Below are positions 13,901-26,353 of a stretch of 60,000 nt of DNA, piece after piece. The DNA is from Botryllus schlosseri (taxonomy: Eukaryota): NCBI GenBank assembly GCA_051294905.1, contig CM119371.1, forward strand, positions 17,052,001 to 17,112,000, read 5' to 3'. The first letter of the stretch is position 1. Each line of letters opens with the position of its first letter. The translations under genes and the position numbers were made by a program. The notes beneath the pieces are model-generated. The model was not told the DNA's origin. It did no database searches and saw only the letters and a program-made list of their open reading frames with translations.

Positions 13901-14498
13901 GGATTAGATCCAGTTATTGATTCTGGAAGATAATGATTCCTAAATTGGAAATACTCCGACCAGTATATTGCTATCTTAGGAAATAACATAAAATTCAGAG
14001 CAACCGATTGGCTGTTTTCCACAGTCACTGGAAAGGACATTTACAAGCTTTGTTTTCTATCTCAGTAGACAAGAAAGAGTATCAGGTCCATTAGATCGAA
14101 TAATTCAATACTGCTACAATACTATAACAGCATGAGTTAAAAAGCTACCTGGTAAGTCCTGCACCTCAATCGTAAACACAGTTCTTCAACAACAAAGCAG
14201 CAAAACACCTGAGTAATCAATGATCCCCATTTCACTGCCGTGCCTAGCGCGTCATCAACGCTAGAACATCCGCTTCACGTCAATGAGAACACATGCGATT
14301 GCTGTCGAGTCACTCATAACGGGGGAATCCCCAAATTCCGAAGAATTTTTTTGGTGCATGAAAAAACGGCAAAATGCACACGGATGCAGGGGATGAATTA
14401 CAAAAAAAGTAGCCAGAATTTGTTTTTAAGGTATAAGGCATGGGAAACGGACTGAAAACCTAGACTTTTTGAAAGTCGGTCAATTCTGAACAACCCTA
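10949..14498 (-). mobile_element. hAT transposon, hATm-type, complete ends, transposase inactivated
   Basis: TIRs begin TAGGGTTGTTCAGAATTGA and extend imperfectly ~130 bp; exact 8-bp TSD AGGGACAT (10941-10948, 14499-14506). Confidence 0.92.
11492..13849 (-). pseudogene. hATm-type transposase pseudogene
   Basis: Fragments LHWNGKL...ALAVLAS, VFDTTSSNNG, CRHHIHELV, EVVEDAAKRLVKLNTDF, DKEQRTSLLQAVEDH match the HWDGK / FDTTxxNTG / CRHH / VVNDxAERGVKL motifs; multiple stops and frameshifts. Confidence 0.85.
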
Positions 14499-14698
14499 AG
14501 GGACATCTTTGGTCCCGAGGGGCGTCAGGTGGGCTTCCAGTCTCGACGCTGTGTAACGTTGCAGCTTCCACCAACCCATCACCAGTAGCAGCGTTGCAAG
14601 TACTGCTTCCAGCTATGATTTTTGCCGTGTCCGAATACACGGACAATGATAGTTCATAATTTACTGTAGTCCTTTACTGGGGTCCTTTAACTCTGTTG

Positions 14699-15247
14699 CT
14701 ACTGAGGGAGCTGTTGAACTTGCTCAATCCATTTCAGTCCTATTATGTTTAACGGGACTCCTTCACCAGTTGCGAACGGTACTGGCAAGTCGTCCAGCTT
14801 GATGACGACGACAAAGTTGACACAGGATGATGCTCCTATGCCGCGCGATTTCATTTCGAGAGGCTGTCTTTCAGTCCAGCTTTGTGGGTAGGCAGCTTTA
14901 ACAGCATCTTGGGTTATCAAGTTAGGAACACTTCCCGTATCCGCAAGAAATTGTGTACCTGTTTTTGTGTCTTGGGTGTTCGAAATCTGGCTCGCCTCTT
15001 GACTGCTGGACGGCGTCAACTGCGAATGGTCCACCCCAACACCCGAGTCGTGAGTGTGCGAAAGGCCGCGTCCCCTCTTGTCTGACGCTGGCATTCCCGG
15101 AGCCGTTCGCACGTTCTGAGAGTTTCGCGAATGCGGGTTGTTGTTTCTTCTAGCGTCGGGCTGTCTTCCCGACCTTCCTGGGACCCGCGATCCCGTCTGC
15201 CCCCCGGGTGCAGCGCTCCTCCGATAGGGGTTTTCACCGGTCATCAC
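14699..15247 (-). pseudogene. Retroviral-type aspartic protease (retropepsin) ORF remnant
   Basis: DTG catalytic motif in FLADTGS with a downstream IIGLKW (ILGxDW-like) motif at typical spacing. Confidence 0.7.
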
Positions 15248-17370
15248 GTCACTAGGAAAACGATTTGTTTCAGCTGTTCGGGCGGGATTTCGCCGCGGCG
15301 GCGGATTACGATTTGGTGCTGGGTATCGCTGACGGCCGGTTGCTAGCGAAGATTGGGGAGGCCTGCCAGCCGGCAGGCAGGCAGCCCCGGTGGTTGCACA
15401 TTATAGATATGCACTGGTGGTAGGGGTGACATAGTGTCAGCATTTTTTCCTTTACCCTCTTCTTGATCATCCTTTTAGAATGCTTCTACTTTTACTATGC
15501 ACATTTTAGCTACTCATAAGTAGACAGAAGATTTGGAATCGGGTTGTTTTAGTTTTATAAATGGAACTGTCATAGCAGGAACTTGCTGAAATAGCCACAG
15601 TAAGATAGGGGCCAAATACATTTTTGAAAGTTGCTGTTTTTGTAGTGTCCTGTGACCATTTGCGAATATTCATTCTGCAAATTCCAAAGAAACCACTTGT
15701 GATTTACTGCTGCAAGCGGAACCTCCAATGAAATTTACTTTTTATTTAATCATTTATTCTATACTGGAAATAAATACTTCTACTTGACTACCAATGCTCA
15801 TGCTGATCACTTTGACCACATCTGGTGTCGGGCCATACGCGATATCAGGGAATGTACATAAAATAGAGATGATGTATTTAGAATTTTGATGTGTCCTGAA
15901 TCGGCCAGGAAATTATACTTCGTACCAGGGCTTTCGTCGATTTGACGTGTCCCTTGACTGCCGGATGGGGTTATTTTCATTGCGCTATAGGTTGAGTCTC
16001 TCCTCTTGAATACGTTCGTCTGAACAGTGGCGTTTCGGGCGAGCTTTTTTTTCTGTTCAATGATATATTCTTGGTTGCGATGTGTTGCTTTGGACTACTG
16101 GATTCCGCGTCCAGTCCTGACGCTGCCTCCAACGTATGCTGTGTGTTTTTGTAGTTGAGATGCTCAGTGCTCGCGCTCACACTGCCGAAAATTGGAAATT
16201 CGGCTAATCGTCCAAGTAGAAGGTCCTGGTACGAGATGTCGGATGTGATGCCGTTTGCTTCTGCCGTGAGCTTCTCAATCTGGCGCTATGAGTCCATAGG
16301 TGAGACGAGGAAACGTTAGGGGTTGTGTACCGGTTGGCAATTGCAGATAGGAGAGCGCTGATCGACAATTATTCGTCTCCAGACTCTCCCCCATCCTCTG
16401 GAACTGCCGGGAAATGACGTTTAACGCCGGAAGAAACGATGGGACCTCCAGTAATTTATAGTGCAGCTTGAGCTCTTTGTGGCCTCCAAGTAACCTACAC
16501 TGAGTTCATATACCTCAGCGGATGCAAAAGTTCACTTGATGTATGTCTTTGTGTGACCCCCACTCTTTTCGGCGCAGTCGATCTTTGATTGAAGTCTTTG
16601 TAGTTGCAGCAGCTATAGCAATGACCGTTCAAGGCCCAGATGACTATTATAATCCTTATACGGTAGCCTATACCTTAATACAACCAACTACTCCAATTAG
16701 GTCACGCAGATAACAATAGGGCTTCTCTATGCACATTGCACATACTGATATAAAACCAAAAGTTAGCCTATTTATCATCACGCACGATCTAAAATCTAAA
16801 TAATTCTCCAAGGTTTGTTCTCACAATAGATGTGAAGGCCTTTCCTGCCACGTACATAATATACAAGTGATATGCCATTAGATGCCCACAAAAGTATCAA
16901 CACTCAGAGTCCAAGCCAACGAATTGGCAGATCACCACTTCATTTATATAAGTATTCCAGTCTTTCAGGTGTAGACAACCATTTGCAGTTGAGGCATTGA
17001 TTTCTTGTTGAATCGTTTCTTCAAATACTTTCGTGCCTATTCGAGGTCAGGGAATTCCATCAGGATACGGGTTTTCGTCCGTGGCTCTGTCGTAGCGAGA
17101 TTTCAAATGCAATATATCTCGATTACTGTTTTGGTTCGGTTCATCTTTAATTCATCTGTTTCATGGAGCTGTACCGGCGCATTTGATCGCGCTGCTTCAT
17201 TTCTGTGTACCTTACAACTGTGGCAAGCAGGCGATCCTATCAATGTATGCTTGAGAGCCTTTAGGGGTACATCCGAACATCACCTTTCGAGCCCAAATGA
17301 CGTCAGACTCTTTCAATGCCTTGGTCAGTGTTTTGTGGATGTCTGGACACTTCTTTACATGTTCTGCTTC

Positions 17371-17391
17371 GGTGGTGGTGGTGGTGGTGGT
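17371..17391 (+). repeat. (GGT)7 microsatellite
   Basis: Read directly from the sequence. Confidence 0.95.
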
Positions 17392-18196
17392 TGAATTTGG
17401 CATCTATGCTGCCTACCTGGGTAACAATTGCTCACCGCAGCTGATATACAATTCGTGTGGGCACCACATGACACATAGATATAAAATACATACACTAATA
17501 TAAAAATGCGACAACACTTACTGCAAAAGTTCGCATGCACGAAAAATGGTGGCCCCATTTAATGGCAGCATGATCGTAAAACTGGCATGCATACGACAAT
17601 TCCATATAAGCATCACTCTATTTTCGACACATTTGCATCGCAAACCATAGTTTCAGTTCCGTACTGGTGATTGAATGGCTACGCCGCACTACATAAAGAC
17701 GCCAATCAGATTATCCAGCTAAGCAATTATACCACAAGTTATGGCGAGCTCATTCCCATCAACCATCCGAAACTGCCCACTCTTTTCCAATCATTAAATT
17801 TTGCTGGTATTTAAGATTTTTTTTAAATTATGACCAGGGCAAGCCATTCCCTGCTAGGCATAATACTTATATACTTTTATATTTGATTTTCGATTTCAGG
17901 GCCCATCCACTCTTATATAGGGGCGGGAGGATATAGCCCAAATTCTGCATTTACGCATATAGTTTCGACTCCAGTGTCGTGAATGCCGCCGTCTTAGCTC
18001 AATGAACACAGCTATCGGGCCAAATAAGGCGCACTACTTGTGATATTATTCTTGACCAAGTATTATTCAACATTTCTTTCATCGAATTGTCTCTATGCGT
18101 AAGGTTACAGATTTAACAAGACAGGGTGATTACATATCTGTCGCTTCAGCGACGGCTTATTCCGTATCATAGCAGCTTCGTATGGGTAGCTATAGG

Positions 18197-19173
18197 CAGT
18201 GTTGGGATCAAGTCACTACCTTCGAGTCACGAGTCATCTCGAGTCATTGCAGATTTTGACTCGAGTCAAGTCAAGTCAATCGATTTTCAAAGGTGACTCG
18301 AGTCAAGTCAAGTCACTGGTTTTTTGGAGGTGACTCGAGTCAAGTCGAGTCAAGTCAAGTCAAGTCAAGTCACGAGTCAAGTCACAATTCAAGTCAAATT
18401 GAATTTTTGAAGTACGAGGGATGGTTCAAAGTCAAAAGTCAGTATATTTTGCTAGCTGTGTGAAAGACAGATTATTTGATCATTTATGTTGAATGAAATA
18501 ACGAATATCAAGTTAAATATGCATGCGAAAAGACGTATCCCTCACGCAACGCACACATAGAACTGTCAGTTGTCATCAGCCAGAATATAGGACCTGATGC
18601 GAAGCTTCGAGAAGTTGAAACAAATTGATATGATACAATAGCCTACACATCTACCTACCCGTCTACACATACCTGAGAATATAAATGCACAAACTATATT
18701 CGTCCGATTTAAATCATACAAGAGGGTTGGTGAATGTGAGCATTGCGCAACATAGCATTTGGCCGTCTAAGAAACAGAGACACATTGCTATTTAGATTAA
18801 TCTTCTATTACTACTTCGACGACGTAAGCTATGATCGTTGAGTTTGCGGTCAATTTAGTTGTGACGTAACAATGGAGGATCCATGTAACGAGGATCAGTG
18901 AATGACTGGTTGCTCTCACAAGTGACACCGGCGTATTTCGAACAATCTTAACATACACAAGATACAGTGATTTAATCGACAGCGTTTACTTGATGACTTG
19001 AAATTGACTCGTAAATTTTTCTTCGAGTCACGAGTCAATGCACATTTTTGAAGCTCCGAGTCAAGTCAAGTCAAGTCATTTTTCCAAAGTGACTCGAGTC
19101 AAGTCAAGTCATACGAAAAAGTTGACTCGAGTCTGACTCGAGTCAAGTCATGACTCGAGTCATCCCAACACTG
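18197..19173. mobile_element. hAT-type MITE with GAGTCAAGTC subterminal arrays
   Basis: TIRs CAGTGTTGGGAT / ATCCCAACACTG; exact 8-bp TSD GCTATAGG (18189-18196, 19174-19181); many GACTCGAGTC(AAGTC)n units at both ends. Confidence 0.93.
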
Positions 19174-21539
19174 GCTATAGGTGATTCGTATATACCACCA
19201 CTATTGTTTTCAGTTACTATAGCCTTGTCCATAATCTAGCTATTATGGTGCTATCTTCTTAGCTTTTAGGTGGGGAGGTCGACCTTGTCGGAATCCTAAA
19301 GAGACCGTGTCGATGTAATTATTAAATACATAACTACATTATTGACTCATATCATCAGTATCGCATTGTTGTTAGTACACTGGTATAGAACAATACAAGC
19401 GAATTTCAAGCATTCCGTGTACATATATTACACCATTGCTATACATTGAGTAGTACATTTGTAGTACTTAGGGTATATGCATTACAGTTCTCAATTGATA
19501 AAATATTAGTATTTATTTTTAGAGTTAGCTAGATTCAGGTTTGCAATTAAAACTAGTATCATTTTTTGCAATTACAATACATGATACAAAATTATTGAAA
19601 TACACATATATAACTTTAGTAATCTACAAAAAAAAATTCAGCTCAATCAAGGCAATCTACCCAGCATTCACCTTCAAGGTGATATATTCCCCGAGTTAAC
19701 GCCTAAGCAAAACTCTGCACTAAGGGATTCGAACATGGGATATAAATGACGATCTTGCCTCAGTAATTGTATGATAAAAAAAAACATTTCTGGCCGAATG
19801 CGGCTCTTTTTTTGTAGGGATGTATATATATATATATATATATATTTTGCATTTTCGGTTAAATTCTTATCTTTTGCACTTCTCTAAAATGTCAATATTC
19901 TACATACAAGCATCAAATTTTTTTCATTCAGTTTTATATCCTTTTAATTTTCAGACGGATGCCACAAAATATGTACAACGAAGTCACTCCCCTTTTTTTT
20001 AATTATCGGAGGATGCCATGAAGCCATGCGATTCCCTAGTGTCGTGGCAGTAGAGAATGTGAGCATGGTTTTTCCTCAAACAAAATAATTTATTCCTCAA
20101 ATGGCGACTAGGCGCAGCGTCTGTTAATCAAAGCGCGCTGCCGCCAGTTGGGAGTGGGGGTAATAAAGGGCATTATGATTACACTCAATTCAGTATAATA
20201 ATAGTATCTCTACAAACAAAGAGGTTAGTGCGCAGTCGGACTCAATATAGGCCGATCACTACAAGTATCATGATGACAAACTGCTCGATACCCATTGCAT
20301 ACAATTAGAGTAGTACATAACTCATTATTAGCCAATCAATAATATCATATGTGCGCCATCAATCACATTTATAGATATGAAAGGTTAATTCATACGGGTG
20401 CTGACACAGAGAATATTTCGTCTCAAATAGGGAAGTCTCACATAAATTCAAACCTTTAGGCATGGTTGTTCGGCGTTGTTTCTGGTAACTAACGCCATAT
20501 CGCGTTGCTACAAATAGGTATCATTAACAGAATTGAAACACGAAAAGTAAGGCATATACCAACATATAGGTTTATTGTTCATCCTGGCTACGGGGCGTAT
20601 TTAGTATTATGGGGTGTTTTTGTATAGGATCTCCAATTTGCTAGATCAATCCAGCATAAATACTATTAGCACGTTTACTGACCAATTATTTTCTTCTAAC
20701 CTGCGCTAATACAGCATCGCTTACGCAAAGTGAGGGAACACCATAATAGTGTTACAAGCTGGCGGGTATTTCTAATAATAGGGAATCACACTGGTTTCAA
20801 AAATATATCACCATCTTAGCGATAATAGATCTTGAGTCATGACAACTCTTGCGCTTAGCCAAATAAGTACACTGTTAGAAAAATTTTGGTAAATTTACTC
20901 GTAATTGCGAGGCAGCAGTTTTACTTACCCTGGTAACGTTAAATACTAAAAATTAGTAATTTTTTTACTATAATTTTAGTAAATTTTCTGACTCAGGATA
21001 AGCAGCATTTCTACTCACTCTTGTAACCTTGATGCTAAAAATTAGTAACATTTTTACTCTTTCTAGTAAATTACTAGTAAAGCTAGCACTGAATTCACAG
21101 CCCTGTCTAGTGTCAATCAATGTATTGATTGACTTAATGCTATATGCATGGCGGTTTTCTAACACTTCGCGCCCTGGTAATACGCACAACTCCATGGAAA
21201 TTGAATCAAATGTTGCAGCATGAAAGAATTTATTTTCATGTTCTATTCCGTTTCCCGCAGGAGGTTGGTGAGTTTCATCGCCTTTTGATGAACTCTAAGT
21301 GTCTTTCTCTTTCTTGAACACTTCGCGCCTACGTCGGAAATCTCGGCGAAGACTCTGTAATATATGAAATATATCTTATAACATAACTGGGGGCTGGCCA
21401 TCAACAAGAGCTAATTTGCTTCAGACAAAACTATATTGCTGCATTAACAAAGTTCTGTAGCTTATTCACTATGGGCTACCAGTACCCCATATGTTAACAT
21501 TTTCGTGTTAAATTGTGATTGTTATAAGCAAGCAGAGCA

Positions 21540-21845
21540 CCACAATAGTTAATTGTTACTGTCAATGTGTTGCAGAGCTCTGATTGTTTAAAATAATGCA
21601 GATGTCAGATTTTTCAGAGCGATTTCAAGGCATTCTAGTGCCCATACCGCATTTTAATTTCTATTTTAGAAATCACCGTTACACTAGCTTTTCATTAGGA
21701 CCGGATTCAATAATATTTTGCGCCCTAGTTGCCAGCAGTGAGATCACCAATAAAGGTGCCTTTGCACTGCCCAGCAGTGAACGCAAGCAGCTGAGCCGAC
21801 CGAAGAAACATAATAAGTCATTGCCATTACGGGTTGACATTTGAT
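21540..21845 (-). mobile_element. Diverged fragment of the 8499-9072 foldback family, in the last accessory-gene intron
   Basis: Nucleotide similarity, reflected in ORF text HFNFYFRNHRYTSFSLGPDSII vs HYFNLYFRNRCHSSFRSGPDSII. Confidence 0.7.
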
Positions 21846-23429
21846 AGTCTAACTCTCACTCAGCTTACCTTTACATAAACTCCAACGTGGCTGTCAGTTC
21901 GCTCGGGTATTCCAGGTTGAAAACATAGAATGTGACGAACAGATACGCCAAAGCAACGTAGGAGTCCGTGGTGAATATCATTGATCTTTCGGCAGTTACC
22001 ACAAACTCCTTCAGATTGCAGTTCGATGAGCCTGAAAATAAACAAAAGTTGTAAAGTAGTCAGCGCTGCTATTCAACTAGATGTAGGGCTATACTGTCAT
22101 AAATTTATACTCGATTACGAGTAGAAGAAGCGAAAAATCCAACCACTCGAGTGTAGTGCTAGTAGGCACTTCAGAAGAGCAAGGCATCAATATAAGGTTA
22201 ATTATCTTCTCAGGATCCATGACTAACACAAAAATGCATTGTTAGTATGCAGCACATTTAACGCCATTGGCTAGGTTATGAAATAGAGACTGTGCAGACA
22301 ACCAGAGGCGCTGGTCAGTAATCAAGTATATCTATTATTTTGGCATACTCAAGTAGGTTTGCCAATGTTGCCTACTTGAGCTACTTATATTTTAGTGGTT
22401 GTGGCATTTGACTACTTCCACTTGTACGAAACAGTGATGGGCAGAACTACTGACTTTCAAGTGTTCAGATTTTGTAAAGTAGTTATGGGAAGTTTTTCAT
22501 TTTCACAACTACGGCATAACTATTGACAAGATAGTGAGTACCTATGACTGTCTTATCAGTGGTACCAACTTGCTCGCACTCCCTATCTCTACACCACGCT
22601 CACCAAGCACACCCGCGGAGGTAACAAATTTCCAGAGAAACCAAAAATCAGACGATTTTCACATTCATATCAAACCGATTTGTGCAATACAAAACCGGAC
22701 ATTTTTATAATCGAGACTTATGCCGCTATTCTGTGCATGTCACTTACTGACAATAGCAGGAGTGGGCAATCATTTTTACAATACAAACTGGTTTTAACAT
22801 GAAATGATTTAATTCAATTTGAGGCTCAAATCATTATGCCCGACCTAAGTCCATGAGATTCGCACGATGACTTTATACTTGCAATAAATTCAGTAACAGT
22901 CAGTTAGTCACCCATACTTTATGTACATAAATACTTACCGATTGTAATCAAGAAAGGGTGGTTCGGCGCATCTGCCATAAAATCTTGAGCAATGTCCTGA
23001 AAACAGATATGCATGTGTGAGCAATGATTCCAATATCATTTTTGAGTAGTGAGAATCTTTACCGGAGGACAGGCAACAACAACATTATTAAACAAAGTTA
23101 TTACCAACAATAGAACAGAACTACATTGGAAACATTCACAAAATCGGTTTTGGGGCTAATATAATACTAACCATTCTTTTGAACAATTGAGAGGCTGGTT
23201 CGTCAAAGGACGCACAGATCAGCTCGAGGATGCCAAGAGAGGAAGCATATGATTCTGATTTCGTTATCTCCGATATAGTTGAAAGTCTTGACACTGTTTT
23301 CTGTACTTTCTGCGTCGTCATATTTTTTAATGTCCTGTGAAGAGTACAATTAGCATTTATTTAAAATGAAAGCAAAGATAACAGGTATCTCGTTGATATA
23401 ATTGTCTTTGAAATATGTTAGTATAGTGT

Positions 23430-23807
23430 GTATAGGAGCGAAGTTATTGCAGTAGAAAAATTTGAATTTGAATAAAATAGTATATACGGTGACTAACTCT
23501 TTAATTATTTGTTATAAAATCAAGGAATAAGAAATTTTTCTACTGCAGTAACTTTGCTTCTAGTGGTTGGAATTGAGCCAAATTTAGTATGCATCATCTC
23601 TACTGACAGCCTAACAATTTTATGGGGTGGACAGAAAAATTTTGAAATTTTTATTTTTAATGATAATTTCAAAACTTTCTACAAGAATCACGCTTCTACC
23701 GGTTAGAATTGAGCCAAAAATGGTGAAGCATTTTTTTTAACCAACTCAACAATTTTATCAAGTAGCCAGTGAAATCTGAAGGAATTTCATTTTTTGAACA
23801 GCCCTAG
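23430..23807 (-). repeat. Fragment related to the internal module of MITEs A/B (~5433-5730)
   Basis: Shared CTGGCTACTTGATAAAATTGTT and AAATTTGG(T/C)TCAATTC motifs in a ~130-150-bp repeated unit. Confidence 0.65.
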
Positions 23808-24169
23808 TGTGTAGCCTATTTATGAGAGTACAAAAAAATCTTGCTTACTTTTGAATGCGAGGCCAGTTATTGTCCATCTTGCGAATCAAGAATTGCTTGG
23901 AATTTCCTGTACCAGTGAGAATACCATAATGTTGAAACATGAACTCAACTTCAAAGAGAAAGGGCCACATTTCTCAGATTGTTGATACTGCAGCAGGTTC
24001 ATTGATTGTCTTTCTTTGGAATGGATACGGTATGTAGTTTACATTAGCATTCCCACTTTCTCTCTGTCTGGAACTGCCTTTCTGCTTTCTTCGATAAGAC
24101 ATTTCTGGTCAGCGCTCAGTATGAGATGTACTGGTAAGTTCAGTATTTTCTTGCTCCATGATTGAGGCT

Positions 24170-24636
24170 TTAACCTGTTTTACAATCTCGTTACAATGGG
24201 AAGCTAACAGCTTACGCAGCTCAGCCATGATGTCTTGCACCGTAGTTGAAGAAATGAGGTTTTTGCACTACATCCTCATTGCAAACATAATGCTCGGGTT
24301 ATCATTCCTAAATTTCTCTTCCTGAGCGTTGTCGCTCATTACATCGGCAGCAAGCAACAGATCCTGGGCGATTGAACTCTGGCTTGTACTAGAATTATTG
24401 CAGAATTATGGTTAGTTGGCTGAATCACATTGTTCACATTGTTCCGAAACGGTATGATATCGGCTAACATGACTGGAAAATGACGATGTCACGTCATACC
24501 TCTTGGAACAGTGCAGATAAGGACACTTGACGAATAATCCGCTTCCAATATGGCTTTTCAGGTGACAAAAGATATCTGATGTTGAAGAAAGTTCCATACC
24601 TCAGATGACCACCGGGCATTTCAAATCTACTGCCAT
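24170..24636 (-). pseudogene. EnSpm transposase N-terminal zinc-finger region remnant
   Basis: HLKSH...VKCPYLHCSKRYDVTSSFSSHVSRYH (C2H2-type), then MFAMRM*CKNLISSTTVQDIMAEL; catalytic region missing. Confidence 0.7.
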
Positions 24637-24958
24637 TTCTTTATAGTTAGACACCAACACAGCTTCCTCCTAAATAAATCCGAGATTCCGCCTGACACGC
24701 GACCGCAGCACCTACATCCTAGCACGTGAATCAGTAATTTGTCACGACCTGGTGAACACAAATTCTTGGATTGTTACGTAACTATGCTGAATTTCATTCC
24801 TTGGTGATTTGGCGCGATTCTGAGTTCTGATGCTCTGACGATATAATTGGGTTTTCAAATTCGTCGTGACTATAGCATTCGCATAATACAAATTATTATA
24901 AATTATGAGCCGTTGATGATGAATTACGGTATCATCACAGGTGAGGCTTGGCCGATAT

Positions 24959-26090
24959 CAGGGGTGGGCAAACTACGGCCCGCGGGCCGCATGCGGCCCG
25001 CAACACCGTTCTGTGCGGCCCGCGAGAGTCTAAAGAAACTTATTAAAAATATTGATAAATCCGTACTAAAAATCGAATTAATGCAGGGACTTGATTAAAC
25101 TTTTTAGCATATTTCACCATGATATTTTTAAGGAAGTGGTTCTCAAACTGCATGGGGTCACGCCCACCTTGCGGGCGTGAAAGCATCCGAAGAAAAGCGC
25201 AAAGCTGAGATCAACTGAAAAAATTTTTCGCGCACTGCGCGATTTACTTCCAATTCACGTTTGTTGCTCTGTATTTAGTCTAAATTTCATCTTTAAAAAT
25301 CTCTCATCCACTGTCGTGGCCTTTCATGCCATCAAACTATCCGCAAGGTTTGCTAGCATCCTGGTTTCGTTTTGTGATATGACGATAAATGGGACGCGAT
25401 ATCTTTCACCATCATGAGGGGCGTGTCTTGCAAAGTTTGAGAACCACTGTTCTAAAGTAAAGACTTCTTATTTTATTTTTTATGTTTAATGTCTGGCACG
25501 ACAGCCCGATTTTGAAACTCACGCTGTTTGAATGGTCTCAACTGCTAACAATCACAGAAATCCTAAACGAGATTGACGTAATTCGGATCACGAGTGTGAT
25601 TTCAGATTGGTCACTCCAGTTTTAATTTTTTCATTGATGTGGTTATAAAAAACGATTCGCGCTTGTCTTATGCGGAGAATGAGGGTATTAAATATTTTAT
25701 CTACACAGTAGAATCGTGTTTGAAGCTAGCATGCTTATGATGCCGTCAGCATCGTGTGTCCTGGAGCTGAAACAAGAGTGGATTAGCTAATCTATGAACA
25801 GATCACTGCTGACAGATTTTAATTTCAATCCTGTTCTAAGAATCGATAGTTTTGACAAATTTGGTTATTGTGGTCGACCAGCCTATGAAATCTCGCCACT
25901 GTTTCTGGCGCATGTACGATATCATCATAGCAATGCTTGGTTTGTTTCAAATAAGCATCTCCTTGTCCTCACTATATAATCAAATACCAATATTGCGTTT
26001 TGGTTTATAGTCCCAGTTTTATATAGTGCGGCCCGCGAATGGATTCAAATGTTGAATGCGGCCCGCGAGCTCAAAAGTTTGCCCACCCTG
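24959..26090. mobile_element. hAT-type MITE nested in the EnSpm element
   Basis: CAGGGGTGGGCAAACT / AGTTTGCCCACCCTG; TSD GCCGATAT vs GCCTATAT; GCGGCCCGCG subterminal motifs. Confidence 0.88.
25134..25449. mobile_element. Small hAT-type MITE nested in 24959-26090
   Basis: AAGTGGTTCTCAAACT / AGTTTGAGAACCACTG; degenerate 8-bp flanks TTTTAAGG vs TTCTAAAG. Confidence 0.75.
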
Positions 26091-26353
26091 GCCTATATGT
26101 ATACCTCAGATCTCCTTTTACGCTTTATTTTTGAAGAATAAATACGCAAATTTCGTGGTTCGCAAATCTCATGGTCTGAAAATGTTCAATATTTAGTCAT
26201 TCAGGAGCATTGATACACAGTGCCAATAATCCGTATCATAGTAATAATTGACGGGTTTACTAAAAACGATAGTAAATTATGTTACTACAGCAATTCGTAT
26301 TTGGTTTACTAATTAATAGGTGTAAATTTACTAATTTTTCTAACAGTGTAGGT

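Larger units (their letters stand above)
9863..16420 (-). mobile_element. Degenerate Gypsy-like gag/protease remnant, split by later insertions
   Basis: GC-richer minus-strand tract. Retropepsin motifs FLADTGSVPNLIT and LNIIGLKWI in ORF 14699-15247; weak gag-like text at ~15980-16400. ORF 14398-14646 joins ORF 10297-10881 in frame once the hAT at 10949-14498 is removed. No RT, integrase or LTRs recognised; boundaries approximate. Confidence 0.55.
21243..24150 (-). pseudogene. Spliced EnSpm accessory (SAMD3-like) gene remnant
   Basis: Exons ~24150-23849, 23334-23172, 22996-22939, 22031-21869, 21354-21243 with GT-AG borders and compatible phases. Motifs MLM*TTY..QRKTIN, EMWPFLF..FQHYGILTG, ALAYLFVTFYVFNLEYPSELTATLEFM*RVF; a few stops and a frameshift. 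Confidence 0.82.
20870..26348 (-). mobile_element. CACTA/EnSpm (CMC) transposon, internally deleted
   Basis: Termini CACTGTTAGAAAAATT / AATTTTTCTAACAGTG, 2-bp TA flanks, subterminal TAGTAA/TTACTA repeats; contains the transposase N-terminus and a spliced accessory gene. Confidence 0.88.

Noticed and set aside
17005..17558. Overlapping ORFs around the (GGT)7 tract as a gene
   Set aside because: No recognisable motif, stops soon after in the candidate frames, and the poly-G/T/P runs come from the microsatellite.
18226..19160. GAGTCAAGTC arrays or the ~187-bp array as CRISPR-like
   Set aside because: No constant repeat with unique, equal-length spacers, no cas genes, and a eukaryotic context.
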